64,000 nt of DNA from an uncultured delta proteobacterium (lineage in GTDB: Bacteria > Bdellovibrionota > FAC87 > UBA2466). Each line of letters opens with the position of its first letter. Position 1 is the stretch's first letter. The stretch covers positions 32,001-96,000 of the forward strand of contig CAVZSV010000006.1 in the NCBI GenBank assembly GCA_963778115.1. The letters are read 5' to 3'. Shown piece by piece: positions 10,219 to 20,090 of the stretch. Both the position numbers and the translations under genes were made by a program. The notes beneath the pieces were generated by a model. It was not told the DNA's origin. It was given only the letters and a program-made list of their open reading frames with translations, and searched no databases.

Positions 10219-12513
10219 ATGCTCAAGGTTACCTCCAAACTATTTATTTTTTTCATAATAGCTCTTATTTACGGGCTGGGAACCAGTTCTTCTTTCGGCG
10301 ACGACGTCTCCGACGGTTGGACTATCGGGTTGAGCTGTCCTTCGAGTGGGGTAGAGGGGAGCGGTGCTTTTACGTTTGAGAATTCAAGTATCAATGGAAC
10401 CGCAGGTACCTGCACCCGCTTGGATAACTCTTTTACGGAGCTGGTTTTAGGAAGTGCTTCCGGCACAGGAACCGAAGCGGCTTCCCAAGTCTACGCGGTT
10501 CATACGGGCGATGTTCTTATTATTCCCCCTCTTCTTACCGGCGAAACCGAGCCAATCTTTACGGTGGCAAATGCGGCCCCAAGCGGCGGGACTTATAACG
10601 CCAATTGGATCAATGTTCAGTGGAACACTGGAACGGCGACCCTTACCGGTTTCTATGTTATCGGCGCATCCAGCATAAATCCCTCAAGCTCTCCGGGAAG
10701 CAATGGAGTTGTCATCACCAATCAATGGGATGTCCAGGGAAATGAATACTATTCAGGATCGGTCAACATGAACGGATCTTGGGGAACGGGCGGCAGCGTA
10801 GGAATTTACACCTCAAGTTCCAACGGGGGGAACTTGGACGGAACTGCTTACTTTAACGCGGCCGGGGCCGGAGTATTCAAATCAACTCCAGGTAAGGCGA
10901 CCTTTTTCTTCCCTCAACAATCGGTTCCGTTTTCAGCGATCGCCGGACAGAACTTTTCAGGAATCGCTTACGATGCAGCGGGAGATATCCTTAACGTATT
11001 GGGTTCGAGCGATAAGTCGGGTCAGCACATTACGGTGGAGTATTACACCAATGTTCCTAACGGGACTATTTACGCCGATAGTTCGCTCTTGGATACCATC
11101 ACTCTATCGGCCGCTAATTCGCCGGCTAATGGGATCATGGTGGGAACGGTTAGCCGAACTGGCTCGGGGGTCACCAACGGCACGGGTGATATCGCTTGCA
11201 TCGCGGATACGACAAGCAAAGCGCGAATTATATGTAGTGGACAGACACCCGGGAACACTAGCGTTCCTTATAATATCTCTTTGGTGTCGTTCGGAGTTGC
11301 GACGGTATTTTCACCCTCGGAGGTTACGGAGGATGGAATCTATACGGTTGCCGGAAATGGAACTGGTGGCAGTGTTGCGGCTCCTTCGGCTGCGACTTCG
11401 ACGGAATTCAATACTCCCGGAGGTGTTGCGGTCGACTCTTTGGGAAATCTCTACGTGGGAGATCAACTCAATGGCGCGGTCCGAATGATAGTCGCGTCAT
11501 CGGGGACTTATTTCGGACAGACGATGACTAGAGGTAACGCTTACGTCATTGCTGGAGGTTCTTATGGATATTCGCCCGATGGCACGACGGCGACGTCGGG
11601 GGCGTTGGGTTACCCCGCTGGAGTCGCCATCGATAGTTCTGGAAATCTCTATATAGCGGAATCGGGAAATCAAATTATACGAATGGTACCCGCAACCACG
11701 GGAACCTATTTTGGTCGTTCCATGACCGCGAACACCCTTTATACGATCGCTGGAAACGGGGTCGCCGCCTACAGTGGAGATGGCAGTGCTGCCACGAGTG
11801 CCGAGATTCATAGCCCCGTTATCTTGGCTTTAGATACGGCGGGTAATGTGTACTTCAGCGATGCCAATAACAATGCCGTGAGAGTGGTTGCCGCTGCCAA
11901 CGGGACTCATTTCGGAATCACGATGACTGCGGGAAACATCTATACGGTGGCGGGGCATAATGCTTCGGGAGCTTTCGCGGGTGATGGGGGGGCTGCAACC
12001 CTGGCAAGTTTGAATGTTCCCTCGGGAATTGCTTTCGATACCTCGGGAAATCTTTATATAGCGGACTCCTCCAACAATGCGGTCAGAATGGTTCCCACCA
12101 CCTCGACGACCTACTTTGGACAAAGCATGACAGCAAATCATATTTATACGATTGCGGGGCAAGGGGGAACAACGGGAAGTTATGCTGGTGATTTTGGTCT
12201 GGCCACAAGCGCTTCGCTAAACGCCCCCGCTAGCGTCGCAATCGACGTCTACGGCGATGTGGTCATTTGTGATTCGGGAAATAATATTGTTCGAACCGTG
12301 GCATCCCAGGCCGTTACTTATAACGGCTTTACTTCGACGGCCAATTACATCTACCCCGCCGCGGGAACCGGAGGGAGTCCGGGCTATTCGGGTGACACTG
12401 GATTAGCTTACTCCGCGCAACTTCATACTCCTGGCGGAGTTGCGATAGATAGCTCTGACAACGTCTATATTAGCGATGAAAGCAACAACGTGATTAGAGC
12501 TATGAAGCACTAG
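10219..12513 (+). CDS. Secreted Ser/Thr/Gly-rich protein with a six-bladed NHL beta-propeller
   Basis: Signal peptide and six P.G(V/I)A.D..GN.Y..D repeats in the C-terminal half. Confidence 0.85.
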   Translation: MLKVTSKLFIFFIIALIYGLGTSSSFGDDVSDGWTIGLSCPSSGVEGSGAFTFENSSINGTAGTCTRLDNSFTELVLGSASGTGTEAASQVYAVHTGDVLIIPPLLTGETEPIFTVANAAPSGGTYNANWINVQWNTGTATLTGFYVIGASSINPSSSPGSNGVVITNQWDVQGNEYYSGSVNMNGSWGTGGSVGIYTSSSNGGNLDGTAYFNAAGAGVFKSTPGKATFFFPQQSVPFSAIAGQNFSGIAYDAAGDILNVLGSSDKSGQHITVEYYTNVPNGTIYADSSLLDTITLSAANSPANGIMVGTVSRTGSGVTNGTGDIACIADTTSKARIICSGQTPGNTSVPYNISLVSFGVATVFSPSEVTEDGIYTVAGNGTGGSVAAPSAATSTEFNTPGGVAVDSLGNLYVGDQLNGAVRMIVASSGTYFGQTMTRGNAYVIAGGSYGYSPDGTTATSGALGYPAGVAIDSSGNLYIAESGNQIIRMVPATTGTYFGRSMTANTLYTIAGNGVAAYSGDGSAATSAEIHSPVILALDTAGNVYFSDANNNAVRVVAAANGTHFGITMTAGNIYTVAGHNASGAFAGDGGAATLASLNVPSGIAFDTSGNLYIADSSNNAVRMVPTTSTTYFGQSMTANHIYTIAGQGGTTGSYAGDFGLATSASLNAPASVAIDVYGDVVICDSGNNIVRTVASQAVTYNGFTSTANYIYPAAGTGGSPGYSGDTGLAYSAQLHTPGGVAIDSSDNVYISDESNNVIRAMKH

Positions 12514-12530
12514 CGATTAGAATTTCTTTC

Positions 12531-15500
12531 TTAGGGCGAGGGTACCATTTCGAAAGCCGTTTCGGATGTTGTTTCGGATGTTGTTTCGGATGTTGTTTCG
12601 GATGCGACTACCGCTGTCTCCGCTACCACCCTTTTAGCCGCATGTTTATGGGGAAGGTATTTCACTAGCTCACGCGATCGGTATTCCCAGTTTTCCAGAA
12701 AGTATTTTGCCGAGTGGCTATTGGTTTCGTTGCGGTAGTCTTCCAGTAGCGCTCGAATCTTCACAGAGTCCGGCTCGTCTAAATCATGGGCCTGAATGTA
12801 GTCGGTATTCGCGTGAACGGCGTACTCTTTAAGAAGATAGAGTTCGCCTCCTGTCATTCCAGCCCCGATATTTTGTCCGGCCTCTCCCAAAATGACCACC
12901 GTTCCTCGTGTCATATATTCGGCGGCGTGTAGGCCCACTCCTTCGACAACGGCGATAGCGCCGCTGTTTCTGACGGCGAAGCGGTTGCCGGCGACTCCAT
13001 TTACGTAAACGAGCCCCCCGGTGGCTCCGTAGAGCGCTACGTTACCAATGATGGTGTTATTCTGGGCGGGATAACGGGCTACTTCCGGAGGAATAACGAC
13101 CAAGGTTCCTCCGGACATCGATTTTGCGACAGAGTCATTTGCTTCCCCGATAAGGCGAACATTCATCCCTTCCTGAAGAAAGGCCGCGAAACCCTGGCCG
13201 GCACTTCCTCGAAAAATTAACTTTCCTGTGGGAATCCTTTTTTCCCAAAGATCCCCAGAATCTCTTTTTCCTTGGGTTCGGTATTTGGCGCGGATGCCGG
13301 CCACGGCTCCATTAAGGGTAGCCAAAGCCGCTCGGTGGGTGGGACGAATGGGAAACTCGAGGCAGAATCCTGAGTCTACCGAACTGACACTTCTTAACAG
13401 GGATTGATTATAGGTGGAAGTGCCTTCGACGTAGGGATTTTGTCTTTTGGCCTTCAGCGGGCGGCTCGGGGAAAAGAAAGCGAGCAAGGAGAGCCCTTTT
13501 TCATTTACCAGAGGTTCGTGAAGGGGATCAATTTCAAGAAGATCGCTTCTGCCCACCAATTGATCTAAAGAGCCCACGCCCAACTGCGAAAGTTGGTTTC
13601 GGACCTCCACCGCTATTAAGGTGAGCAGACGTTTAATCTTATCTTTGGATCCTTTGTACAGCTTGGTGTATCTCGGATCGTGGGTAGCGATTCCCGTGGG
13701 ACAAGTATTTTTTTCGCATACGCGCGCCATGATGCAGCCTTCGGCCACTAACAATAATTTTCCGAAATCAAATTCTTCGGCACCTAAAATGGCTGCGCGT
13801 ATCACATCAAGTGCCGTCGATAATCCGCCGTCGACTCGAAGGGTGACGTAGTGCCGTAGATTTTGCTCGGAGAGCGCCAAATGGGTGTCCCACAGGCCTA
13901 TTTCCCAGGGTAGCCCCGCGTGCTTCATGGAACTTAACGTGGCAGCTCCTGTCCCCCCGTCGTGTCCCGCGATATGAATAGTGTCAGCACCTGCTTTGGC
14001 AACACCGACCGCGATGGTGCCAATATTTTCCCCAGAGACCAATTTAACGCTGATGCGTGCATTGGGCTTTAGCTGGCGTAACTCGAAAATCAATTGCTTC
14101 AGATCTTCGATACTATAGATGTCGTGCATGGGGGGAGGGGAGATTAAATTTACGTTGGGATCCGCATGGCGGGCCTTCGCGATATCGGCGTTAACTTTAG
14201 CCGCCATGAGTTGGCCCCCTTCGCCGGGCTTTGCTCCTTGGCCGATCTTAATTTGAATCTCTTCTCCGGTGATGAGATATTCAGCGGTGACTCCAAAGCG
14301 TCCCGAAGCGATCTGCTTGGTTTGGGCGGAAATATGGTCAGAGAAGTAGTATGGATTCTCTCCCCCTTCACCGCTATTGCTTCGCCCCCCTAACTCACGC
14401 ATCGCTAAGAAAATATCTTTTTGCGCATCTCGACTGATGGCTCCAAAGGACATACCTCCGGATCCAAAGCGTGAAAGGATCGCCTTCTCGGGCATCACCT
14501 CGGACAAGGGAACGGACTCTCCCCACTTTTTGGGACGCAGCAGATGACGAAATGAGATGGGCGTTTCCTGGTCCTCTCCAGTCAGCTCCACGTATTTTGT
14601 TTGCCTGTTCTTCGAGCCTTCCGGTCCCAAATCATCCGCCAGCACTTGGTGAATCTTTCGGGACTTACCGAGTGTCATGGAGTGCTTTTCACCGAACTCT
14701 TTTTGATGCTCCTTATATAGATAGTTATGAAGGAGTCCCGACGACGATCGCGTTTGGGTGAGAGGCTCGGATGAAGTGTTCGCCAATAGGTCCGACACCA
14801 ACTGCTCTAGAGTCAATCCGCCCACGACCGACTGATGACGGGGGAAAAATTCACGGTGCACCTCTTCATGGAGCCCTAATATGGTGAAGAGTTCTGCGCC
14901 TTGGTAACTTTGCAATACCGAAACTCCCATCTTAGACATGACTTTAAGCAGGCCAGCCTCCATCGCTTCCACTACTCGAAGTTCTCGCTCGTGAGCGGTA
15001 GAGGACTCGCCGGCACTCGCTATCTGCCCCAGCCAGGCTTGTGGGTGCGATCTTGCCAGATCTATCAGCAATCTAGGGCAGACGGCTGCCGCTCCAAAAC
15101 CCATCAGGACTGCGAGCTGGTGGACGTTTCGAATCTCTGCAGAATCGACGATAATTGAAGCCCGCAGGCAACCGCCGGCTTTATGGAGCGCCTGAACGAT
15201 CGTGCTCATGGCCAGAAGCGCGGGAAGGGCAGGGGTTTGTTGGCTAGCGTTTCTATCGCTTAAGATAATTAAGCTAATCCGATTAGAAACCGCCTCCAAA
15301 GCCTGTTTTCGAACTTGGTCTATCTTATCGCGAAATCCGTCCATCCCGAGATTGCGGACAAAAGTAGTATCGAGAGTGATGGAATCGGGCCATGGCCCTT
15401 CAAACCCGTTTCGCCGATCCAATTTTCCTAGAAAATCGAGTTGGCCCAGCGTGAGTACGGGGCCGGGCAGATCGATGCCGACTTTAAGCGGTAACAACTC

Positions 15501-17060
15501 TTTGGGTTCGAAGATATTGGGCTTTCTTCCCAGAATAACCGACATGTCGGTAACCAGTTTTTCTCTCAAGTAATCGAGAGGTGGATTAGTCACCTGGGCG
15601 AAGCGCTGATAAAAGAAATCAAATAGCGATCGGCTTTCTTGAGACAGTACGGCGAGACGTGCCGTGTCCCCCATGGAGCCAATTCCCTCTTTTCCTTCTT
15701 TCACCATGGGAGCAATGACTCTTCGAATATCCTCTTCGGTGTAATTGAAAAGGGTAACGTGATCGAGCTGGGCGATGTGAGACTCAGGAGCAGAAAGACG
15801 TTCTAATTTAGACAGTCTAGGATCGAAACTCGCGTCCAAATTTTCGCGTACCTGGCTTGCGTCCTTAAAATGGACCATGCCGGTCTTGAGATTGATATTT
15901 ACTGAAGCACTTCCGGAAAGAGAACCTTTCGCCAAAATCTCCGACTCATCCAGATCGAAAGAGCCAGCTTCCGACGAAAGGAAAAAATGTTTTTGCGTGC
16001 GGGCCCAGCGGCAGGGACGAAAGCCGCTGCGATCTAACCTCGCCCCTACGGTTCGTGCATCGGAGTAAGTAAAAAGCGCTGGGCCATCCCAAGGCTCCAT
16101 GGCACGACTCCAGAATTTATAAAACGAGTGCCGGCTGTTCGCATGGGGCATTAATATAGCCAAAATATCTTCTAGGTGAGGGATGCTGCTACGAACCGAG
16201 AGCGCTTCGATCATTTCGTTAACGCTTCCGGAATCACTAATGCCCCGGTGGGTGAGAAGTTCGTCTTCCCTAAGACCGAGTGCCCGTTCGCGCGCCGTGG
16301 CCCAGAACCTATTCCCCGAAATGGTATTGATTTCCCCATTGTGTGCGACCACCCGAAAGGGTTGAGCAGTGTCCCAAGCGGTTGCGGTGTTGGTGCTAAA
16401 TCGTCGGTGAAAGACGACAAACCGGGTGACGTACGCAGGATCTTTGAGATCCGGAAAAAATTCGGAAAGACTATGGGCCGTGGTCAGAGCTTTATAGACG
16501 ATAGTTCCAGCGGAAAGCGAAGTGAAGAAGAACTGCTTTTGGATGCCTGCTTCTCTTAGCTTGATTCGCGTCAATTGCTTGGCCGCATAAAGCATTTTCT
16601 CAAAGGTATACCGAGTGCTGCAGTGATCAGGCCTTTGGATAAAGGCCATCAAAAAATCGGGTCTGCGATCGTCCTCTTGAGACAGCCCTTTGGCCAGACT
16701 TTTTGCGGCAGCAGCTCCGGTGGAAAAGATTTCGGGTCGTATGGGAACGTCACGATAGCCTGTGATCTCAAGTCCCGTGTGTTGGAATGTCTTTTCGAAA
16801 ATATTTAGCGACCTCACTCTTTGAGTCGGATCGCGAGGCAAGAAAAGATTGGCGACCGCATTACCAGGAGCAATCCCCAGTAGATCATGAGGGATATCGG
16901 TTAAAATTCCGGCTCCGTCACTTACGATCTGATCGAGGCCCGTGCCTCCGCGATGTTCCAATTGGCAAAGGGCTCTAAGACCCAGGGTCAAATTCTCGTG
17001 TGATCGTTCGTCTTTAAGGCTAGCGACAAAGCCTACTCCGCAAGATGAAAACTCAGACAT
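12531..17060 (-). CDS. gltB: Glutamate synthase large subunit
   Basis: N-terminal CGVGF, RFSTNT, HNGEINT, EPWDGP, MSFGAIS, SNSGEGGE, QGAKPGEGG, CIMARVCEKNTCPTG 3Fe-4S motif, GXGXG C-domain. Confidence 0.96.
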   Translation of the reverse strand: MSEFSSCGVGFVASLKDERSHENLTLGLRALCQLEHRGGTGLDQIVSDGAGILTDIPHDLLGIAPGNAVANLFLPRDPTQRVRSLNIFEKTFQHTGLEITGYRDVPIRPEIFSTGAAAAKSLAKGLSQEDDRRPDFLMAFIQRPDHCSTRYTFEKMLYAAKQLTRIKLREAGIQKQFFFTSLSAGTIVYKALTTAHSLSEFFPDLKDPAYVTRFVVFHRRFSTNTATAWDTAQPFRVVAHNGEINTISGNRFWATARERALGLREDELLTHRGISDSGSVNEMIEALSVRSSIPHLEDILAILMPHANSRHSFYKFWSRAMEPWDGPALFTYSDARTVGARLDRSGFRPCRWARTQKHFFLSSEAGSFDLDESEILAKGSLSGSASVNINLKTGMVHFKDASQVRENLDASFDPRLSKLERLSAPESHIAQLDHVTLFNYTEEDIRRVIAPMVKEGKEGIGSMGDTARLAVLSQESRSLFDFFYQRFAQVTNPPLDYLREKLVTDMSVILGRKPNIFEPKELLPLKVGIDLPGPVLTLGQLDFLGKLDRRNGFEGPWPDSITLDTTFVRNLGMDGFRDKIDQVRKQALEAVSNRISLIILSDRNASQQTPALPALLAMSTIVQALHKAGGCLRASIIVDSAEIRNVHQLAVLMGFGAAAVCPRLLIDLARSHPQAWLGQIASAGESSTAHERELRVVEAMEAGLLKVMSKMGVSVLQSYQGAELFTILGLHEEVHREFFPRHQSVVGGLTLEQLVSDLLANTSSEPLTQTRSSSGLLHNYLYKEHQKEFGEKHSMTLGKSRKIHQVLADDLGPEGSKNRQTKYVELTGEDQETPISFRHLLRPKKWGESVPLSEVMPEKAILSRFGSGGMSFGAISRDAQKDIFLAMRELGGRSNSGEGGENPYYFSDHISAQTKQIASGRFGVTAEYLITGEEIQIKIGQGAKPGEGGQLMAAKVNADIAKARHADPNVNLISPPPMHDIYSIEDLKQLIFELRQLKPNARISVKLVSGENIGTIAVGVAKAGADTIHIAGHDGGTGAATLSSMKHAGLPWEIGLWDTHLALSEQNLRHYVTLRVDGGLSTALDVIRAAILGAEEFDFGKLLLVAEGCIMARVCEKNTCPTGIATHDPRYTKLYKGSKDKIKRLLTLIAVEVRNQLSQLGVGSLDQLVGRSDLLEIDPLHEPLVNEKGLSLLAFFSPSRPLKAKRQNPYVEGTSTYNQSLLRSVSSVDSGFCLEFPIRPTHRAALATLNGAVAGIRAKYRTQGKRDSGDLWEKRIPTGKLIFRGSAGQGFAAFLQEGMNVRLIGEANDSVAKSMSGGTLVVIPPEVARYPAQNNTIIGNVALYGATGGLVYVNGVAGNRFAVRNSGAIAVVEGVGLHAAEYMTRGTVVILGEAGQNIGAGMTGGELYLLKEYAVHANTDYIQAHDLDEPDSVKIRALLEDYRNETNSHSAKYFLENWEYRSRELVKYLPHKHAAKRVVAETAVVASETTSETTSETTSETAFEMVPSP
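12559..12604. repeat. 12-bp tandem repeat (GTTTCGGATGTT) x3.8 in the gltB 3' end, encoding SETT repeats
   Basis: Read directly from the sequence. Confidence 0.95.
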
Positions 17061-17273
17061 GAGGCGTCAGGTCCCTTTCCAAGAAAGTTATTAGGAAGCG
17101 CAAAATTACTTTAGACTCTGGTCGAAATCCCGGCATCCAAAACCGGCCCCATTATCATGAGTTTGGCTACCCTCTTTCAAGTCCAAAAATCTTTCCGAAG
17201 AGTCCCATCTAGCATTGCTGAGCCAAGGTGTGCTATTAATTCGGGCACCCAAGCTAATTTAGGAGGATTCACC

Positions 17274-18035
17274 GTGCGTCAGTACGTATTGTGTTTAATT
17301 TTCGCGCATTTCGCCTGTTCTATCCTTACCGGAGCGGAAGTCCGTGCGATGAGGGGCCATTTTACCGGGGTGGCGGCCCTTGGGCTTGTGGATCGCAACG
17401 TAGTGTGGTCTTGGTTACCCGCCGAAGTTCGCGATCGGGTGACACTAGACTTCACGGATCGCACGGGGCAGCTCCATCCCGTAGCCATTCTGGCGGGGAG
17501 CCAAAAAGGGGTACAGGTGCAACGCGGGTTTCGAGGCCGGTTTGTCTCTTTGCCCGCTTTACAAAGCTATCAAGAGGCTTTTGTTCTGATCCCTTATCTG
17601 AAGGAAAAAGGGCTCGCGAATGCTCCCGACGTTTACACCTTCAGCCGCATCTATGTTAATAATGAAACTATCGTTAATTTAGGCCGAAGAGAGAACGATT
17701 CTCCGAAGGTTTTCGCACGCATTTCGAATGAGCGCGATCTTTTCAGCGCTATTTCCGGACAAGGTAAGGAAGTCAGTGTTTCGACCTCCCATGAGGACGG
17801 TAGCATGGACGCCGCAGTGGCCAAGTTCGTAAAAGGGATTTTCGCTCAAACTAAATTGGAGATGGTCGGGGGGCAGGCTCACCATTATGATTTTAATTTC
17901 TTCAAAAGCGTGGACCACTTCGAAGGCTCCGAAGTTTCAGCCACGATCGAAGGGCATGAGCTACTTCCCATTGCCGATAACCAAGTCCTGGGATTTCGCT
18001 TTAGTGTCGAGTGGGCGAAGAATCCTCTGAATTAG
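17274..18035 (+). CDS. Secreted acetoacetate-decarboxylase-like (ADC fold) protein
   Basis: AGGAGG RBS before GTG 17274, signal peptide, HPV...Y.E....P and GR....PK motifs resembling the ADC family. Confidence 0.55.
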   Translation: MRQYVLCLIFAHFACSILTGAEVRAMRGHFTGVAALGLVDRNVVWSWLPAEVRDRVTLDFTDRTGQLHPVAILAGSQKGVQVQRGFRGRFVSLPALQSYQEAFVLIPYLKEKGLANAPDVYTFSRIYVNNETIVNLGRRENDSPKVFARISNERDLFSAISGQGKEVSVSTSHEDGSMDAAVAKFVKGIFAQTKLEMVGGQAHHYDFNFFKSVDHFEGSEVSATIEGHELLPIADNQVLGFRFSVEWAKNPLN

Positions 18036-18041
18036 GTTAGC

Positions 18042-18503
18042 CTAACGTTCGATATCGGCCAGAAGATTGGTGACTTTTTGTGAAACTCCGGGGACTTGAA
18101 TGTCTTCGATCGCTTCGTCCGGAATGATATCGCCCGACTGAAGCCCCAGTTCGCTCAGTGGACTTTGGGAAGTGAGAAATTTAATCTCCCATCCTTCGCT
18201 GCGGCGAATCGAGTAGGCACTCTCTCTGACTTGCGAGATTTGTAATTCTAATTTCGTCAGTAACGCCTCGGGAAATCTTAGCTTCATGGCCCTGCCTTTG
18301 GGGACCGGGGGAGCCACGGCGAGGGTCTCGGCCGCTCTTGGTTGAGGTGCCGGCACGGTAATGATCTCCAAGGATGCCGATTGCGGCTGCCGGGCCTGGG
18401 CTTTGGGCGATTCGGCGGGGGGCGGGGTTGGTTTAAGCAGCAAAATGGTGATGAGCCAACCTACGAAGATACCTATAAGAAGGACCAAAAGATTACGGCG
18501 CAT
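18042..18503 (-). CDS. Membrane-anchored protein with Pro-rich linker and PDZ/GspC-like C-terminal fragment
   Basis: N-terminal TM helix, Pro/Ala linker, SPLSELGLQSGDII. Confidence 0.5.
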   Translation of the reverse strand: MRRNLLVLLIGIFVGWLITILLLKPTPPPAESPKAQARQPQSASLEIITVPAPQPRAAETLAVAPPVPKGRAMKLRFPEALLTKLELQISQVRESAYSIRRSEGWEIKFLTSQSPLSELGLQSGDIIPDEAIEDIQVPGVSQKVTNLLADIER

Positions 18504-18549
18504 GGGTTTATATTAGCACGGTGTCACTCTCCTAGCGGGCCCTTTTGGA

Positions 18550-18582
18550 ACGGGTCATGTTTGAAGTTTCGACATGACCCGT
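18550..18582. terminator. Stem-loop, probably the original terminator of the EmrB-family gene
   Basis: ACGGGTCATGT...ACATGACCCGT inverted repeat. It would sit about 30 nt past the MFS stop if the IS were removed. Confidence 0.65.
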
Positions 18583-18601
18583 ACCTTTTGGGCCCGATAG
18601 G

Positions 18602-20090
18602 CTAAGGATCATACATATCTTTTCTTGCCTTTCTCTGTGAAATTTGATCAATCATTTAGATGAGTAATACTCTTGAACCTAAGTTTTTTTCGTCCATGTC
18701 GAATGAGTTCGCTGGGGCTAATTTTGGCGATCTGCGACTCACCCGGAGGTTAATGGACATGTCTGACGGTATCGCCCAAGATCCTAAAGAGACCTTACCC
18801 AAGCTTTTAGGAGAAGGAGCTGGAATTGAGGGAGGTTACCGTTTTCTGCGTAATCCCCGTGTGAATTTGGAGTCGATTTTAGCATCCCATTTTGAGCAGA
18901 CGGTTTTGCGAGCGAAACTGGAAAAGGAAGTTCTGGTTCTCCACGATACGACTGAGTTCAAATTTCCTTCCAAACGTAAGGGGCTAGGTTTGCTCAGTGG
19001 TAGTCGCTCCGCGGGAGACGGTTTCTACGGGCATTTTTCCTTAGTTGTGGGATCTTGTTTGCATCGACCTCTTGGGGTTGTGGCGGTTGAGCCAATGATT
19101 AAGCTGAAGAAGAAAGGCTATCAAAGCCCGTCCAAAGCCGTCAAACGCGACAAGATCCGACGAGAAAGTCTCTGCGTTGGATGCGAGGAATTGTGGCCAG
19201 CGAATCGAGATTGGGCTTCGCAGCGAAACCTATTCACGTGATGGACCGTGAGGCAGATTTCTTCGAGTTACTTTCTGAACTAAAAGATTCATCTGGTCGC
19301 TGCGTGATTCGAGTCTGCCGAGATCGTTTGGTTACAGACGAAAACCTAGAAGAAGGAGTGAGCCTTTACAGCTCACTCGAGAGCGCTCCGGTAAAGCTTC
19401 AACGAGAAGTCCGAGTTGGAACAAGAGCACAAAGTCCCTTACCTCAAAACAGAAAAGACTACCCCGCTCGTCAGCAACGAACCGCCATGTTATCGGCGAC
19501 AGCGGCAAGGGTGGAGCTAATACGAGGTCACCATCATGGAGCAAGATTAAATAAGACTGTGACACTCAACGTTGTCCACGTCTTTGAGTCCAATCCGCCG
19601 GAGGGAACAGAGCCGATTGATTGGAAATTACTCACTACCGAGTCTACCAATACGCCCGCGGATATCGAAAAGGTGATCGATATCTATCGAGCCAGATGGC
19701 TTATCGAAGAATATTTTAAGGCGATCAAAACTGGATGTGCCTTTGAAGAACGGCAACTCGAATCGAAAGATACCATTTTCAATGCCTTGGCGATCTTTAT
19801 CCCAATCGCCTGGCGAATGCTGCTCTTGCGAGCGGAAGCCAGGCAACGGCCACTCACTCCGGCGACAGTAGTGTTAACCCCGACTCAAATATCGGTTCTC
19901 CGAGCGGTCTCAAAAACTCCCATCCCAGAAAATCCTACGGTCGCAGAAGCAATTTCAGCCGTTGCGAGGCTCGGCGGCCACCTTAAGCAGAATGGCCCGC
20001 CAGGTTGGAAAATACTAGGAAAGGGCCTCACAGAACTATTGACTCTAGAAAAAGGGTGGCTCGCTAAAGAAAGATGTGATCAATGATTAG
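18602..20090 (+). mobile_element. IS4-family insertion sequence, IS50/Tn5-like, 1489 bp
   Basis: Ends are CTAAGGATCATACATATCT and (reverse complement) CTAATCATTGATCACATCT. The 9-bp direct repeat CCCGATAGG lies at 18593-18601 and 20091-20099. Confidence 0.92.
18660..20086 (+). pseudogene. IS4/Tn5-type DDE transposase split by a frameshift (ORFs 18660-19241 and 19181-20086)
   Basis: FGDLRLTRRL, LHDTT (D1), MDREAD (D2), YRARWLIEEYFK (YREK/E). The frame switch falls between about 19103 and 19175. Confidence 0.88.

Noticed and set aside
19103..19180. Programmed -1 frameshift in the transposase
   Set aside because: No canonical X-XXY-YYZ slippery heptamer was seen, and IS4/IS50 transposases are normally single ORFs.
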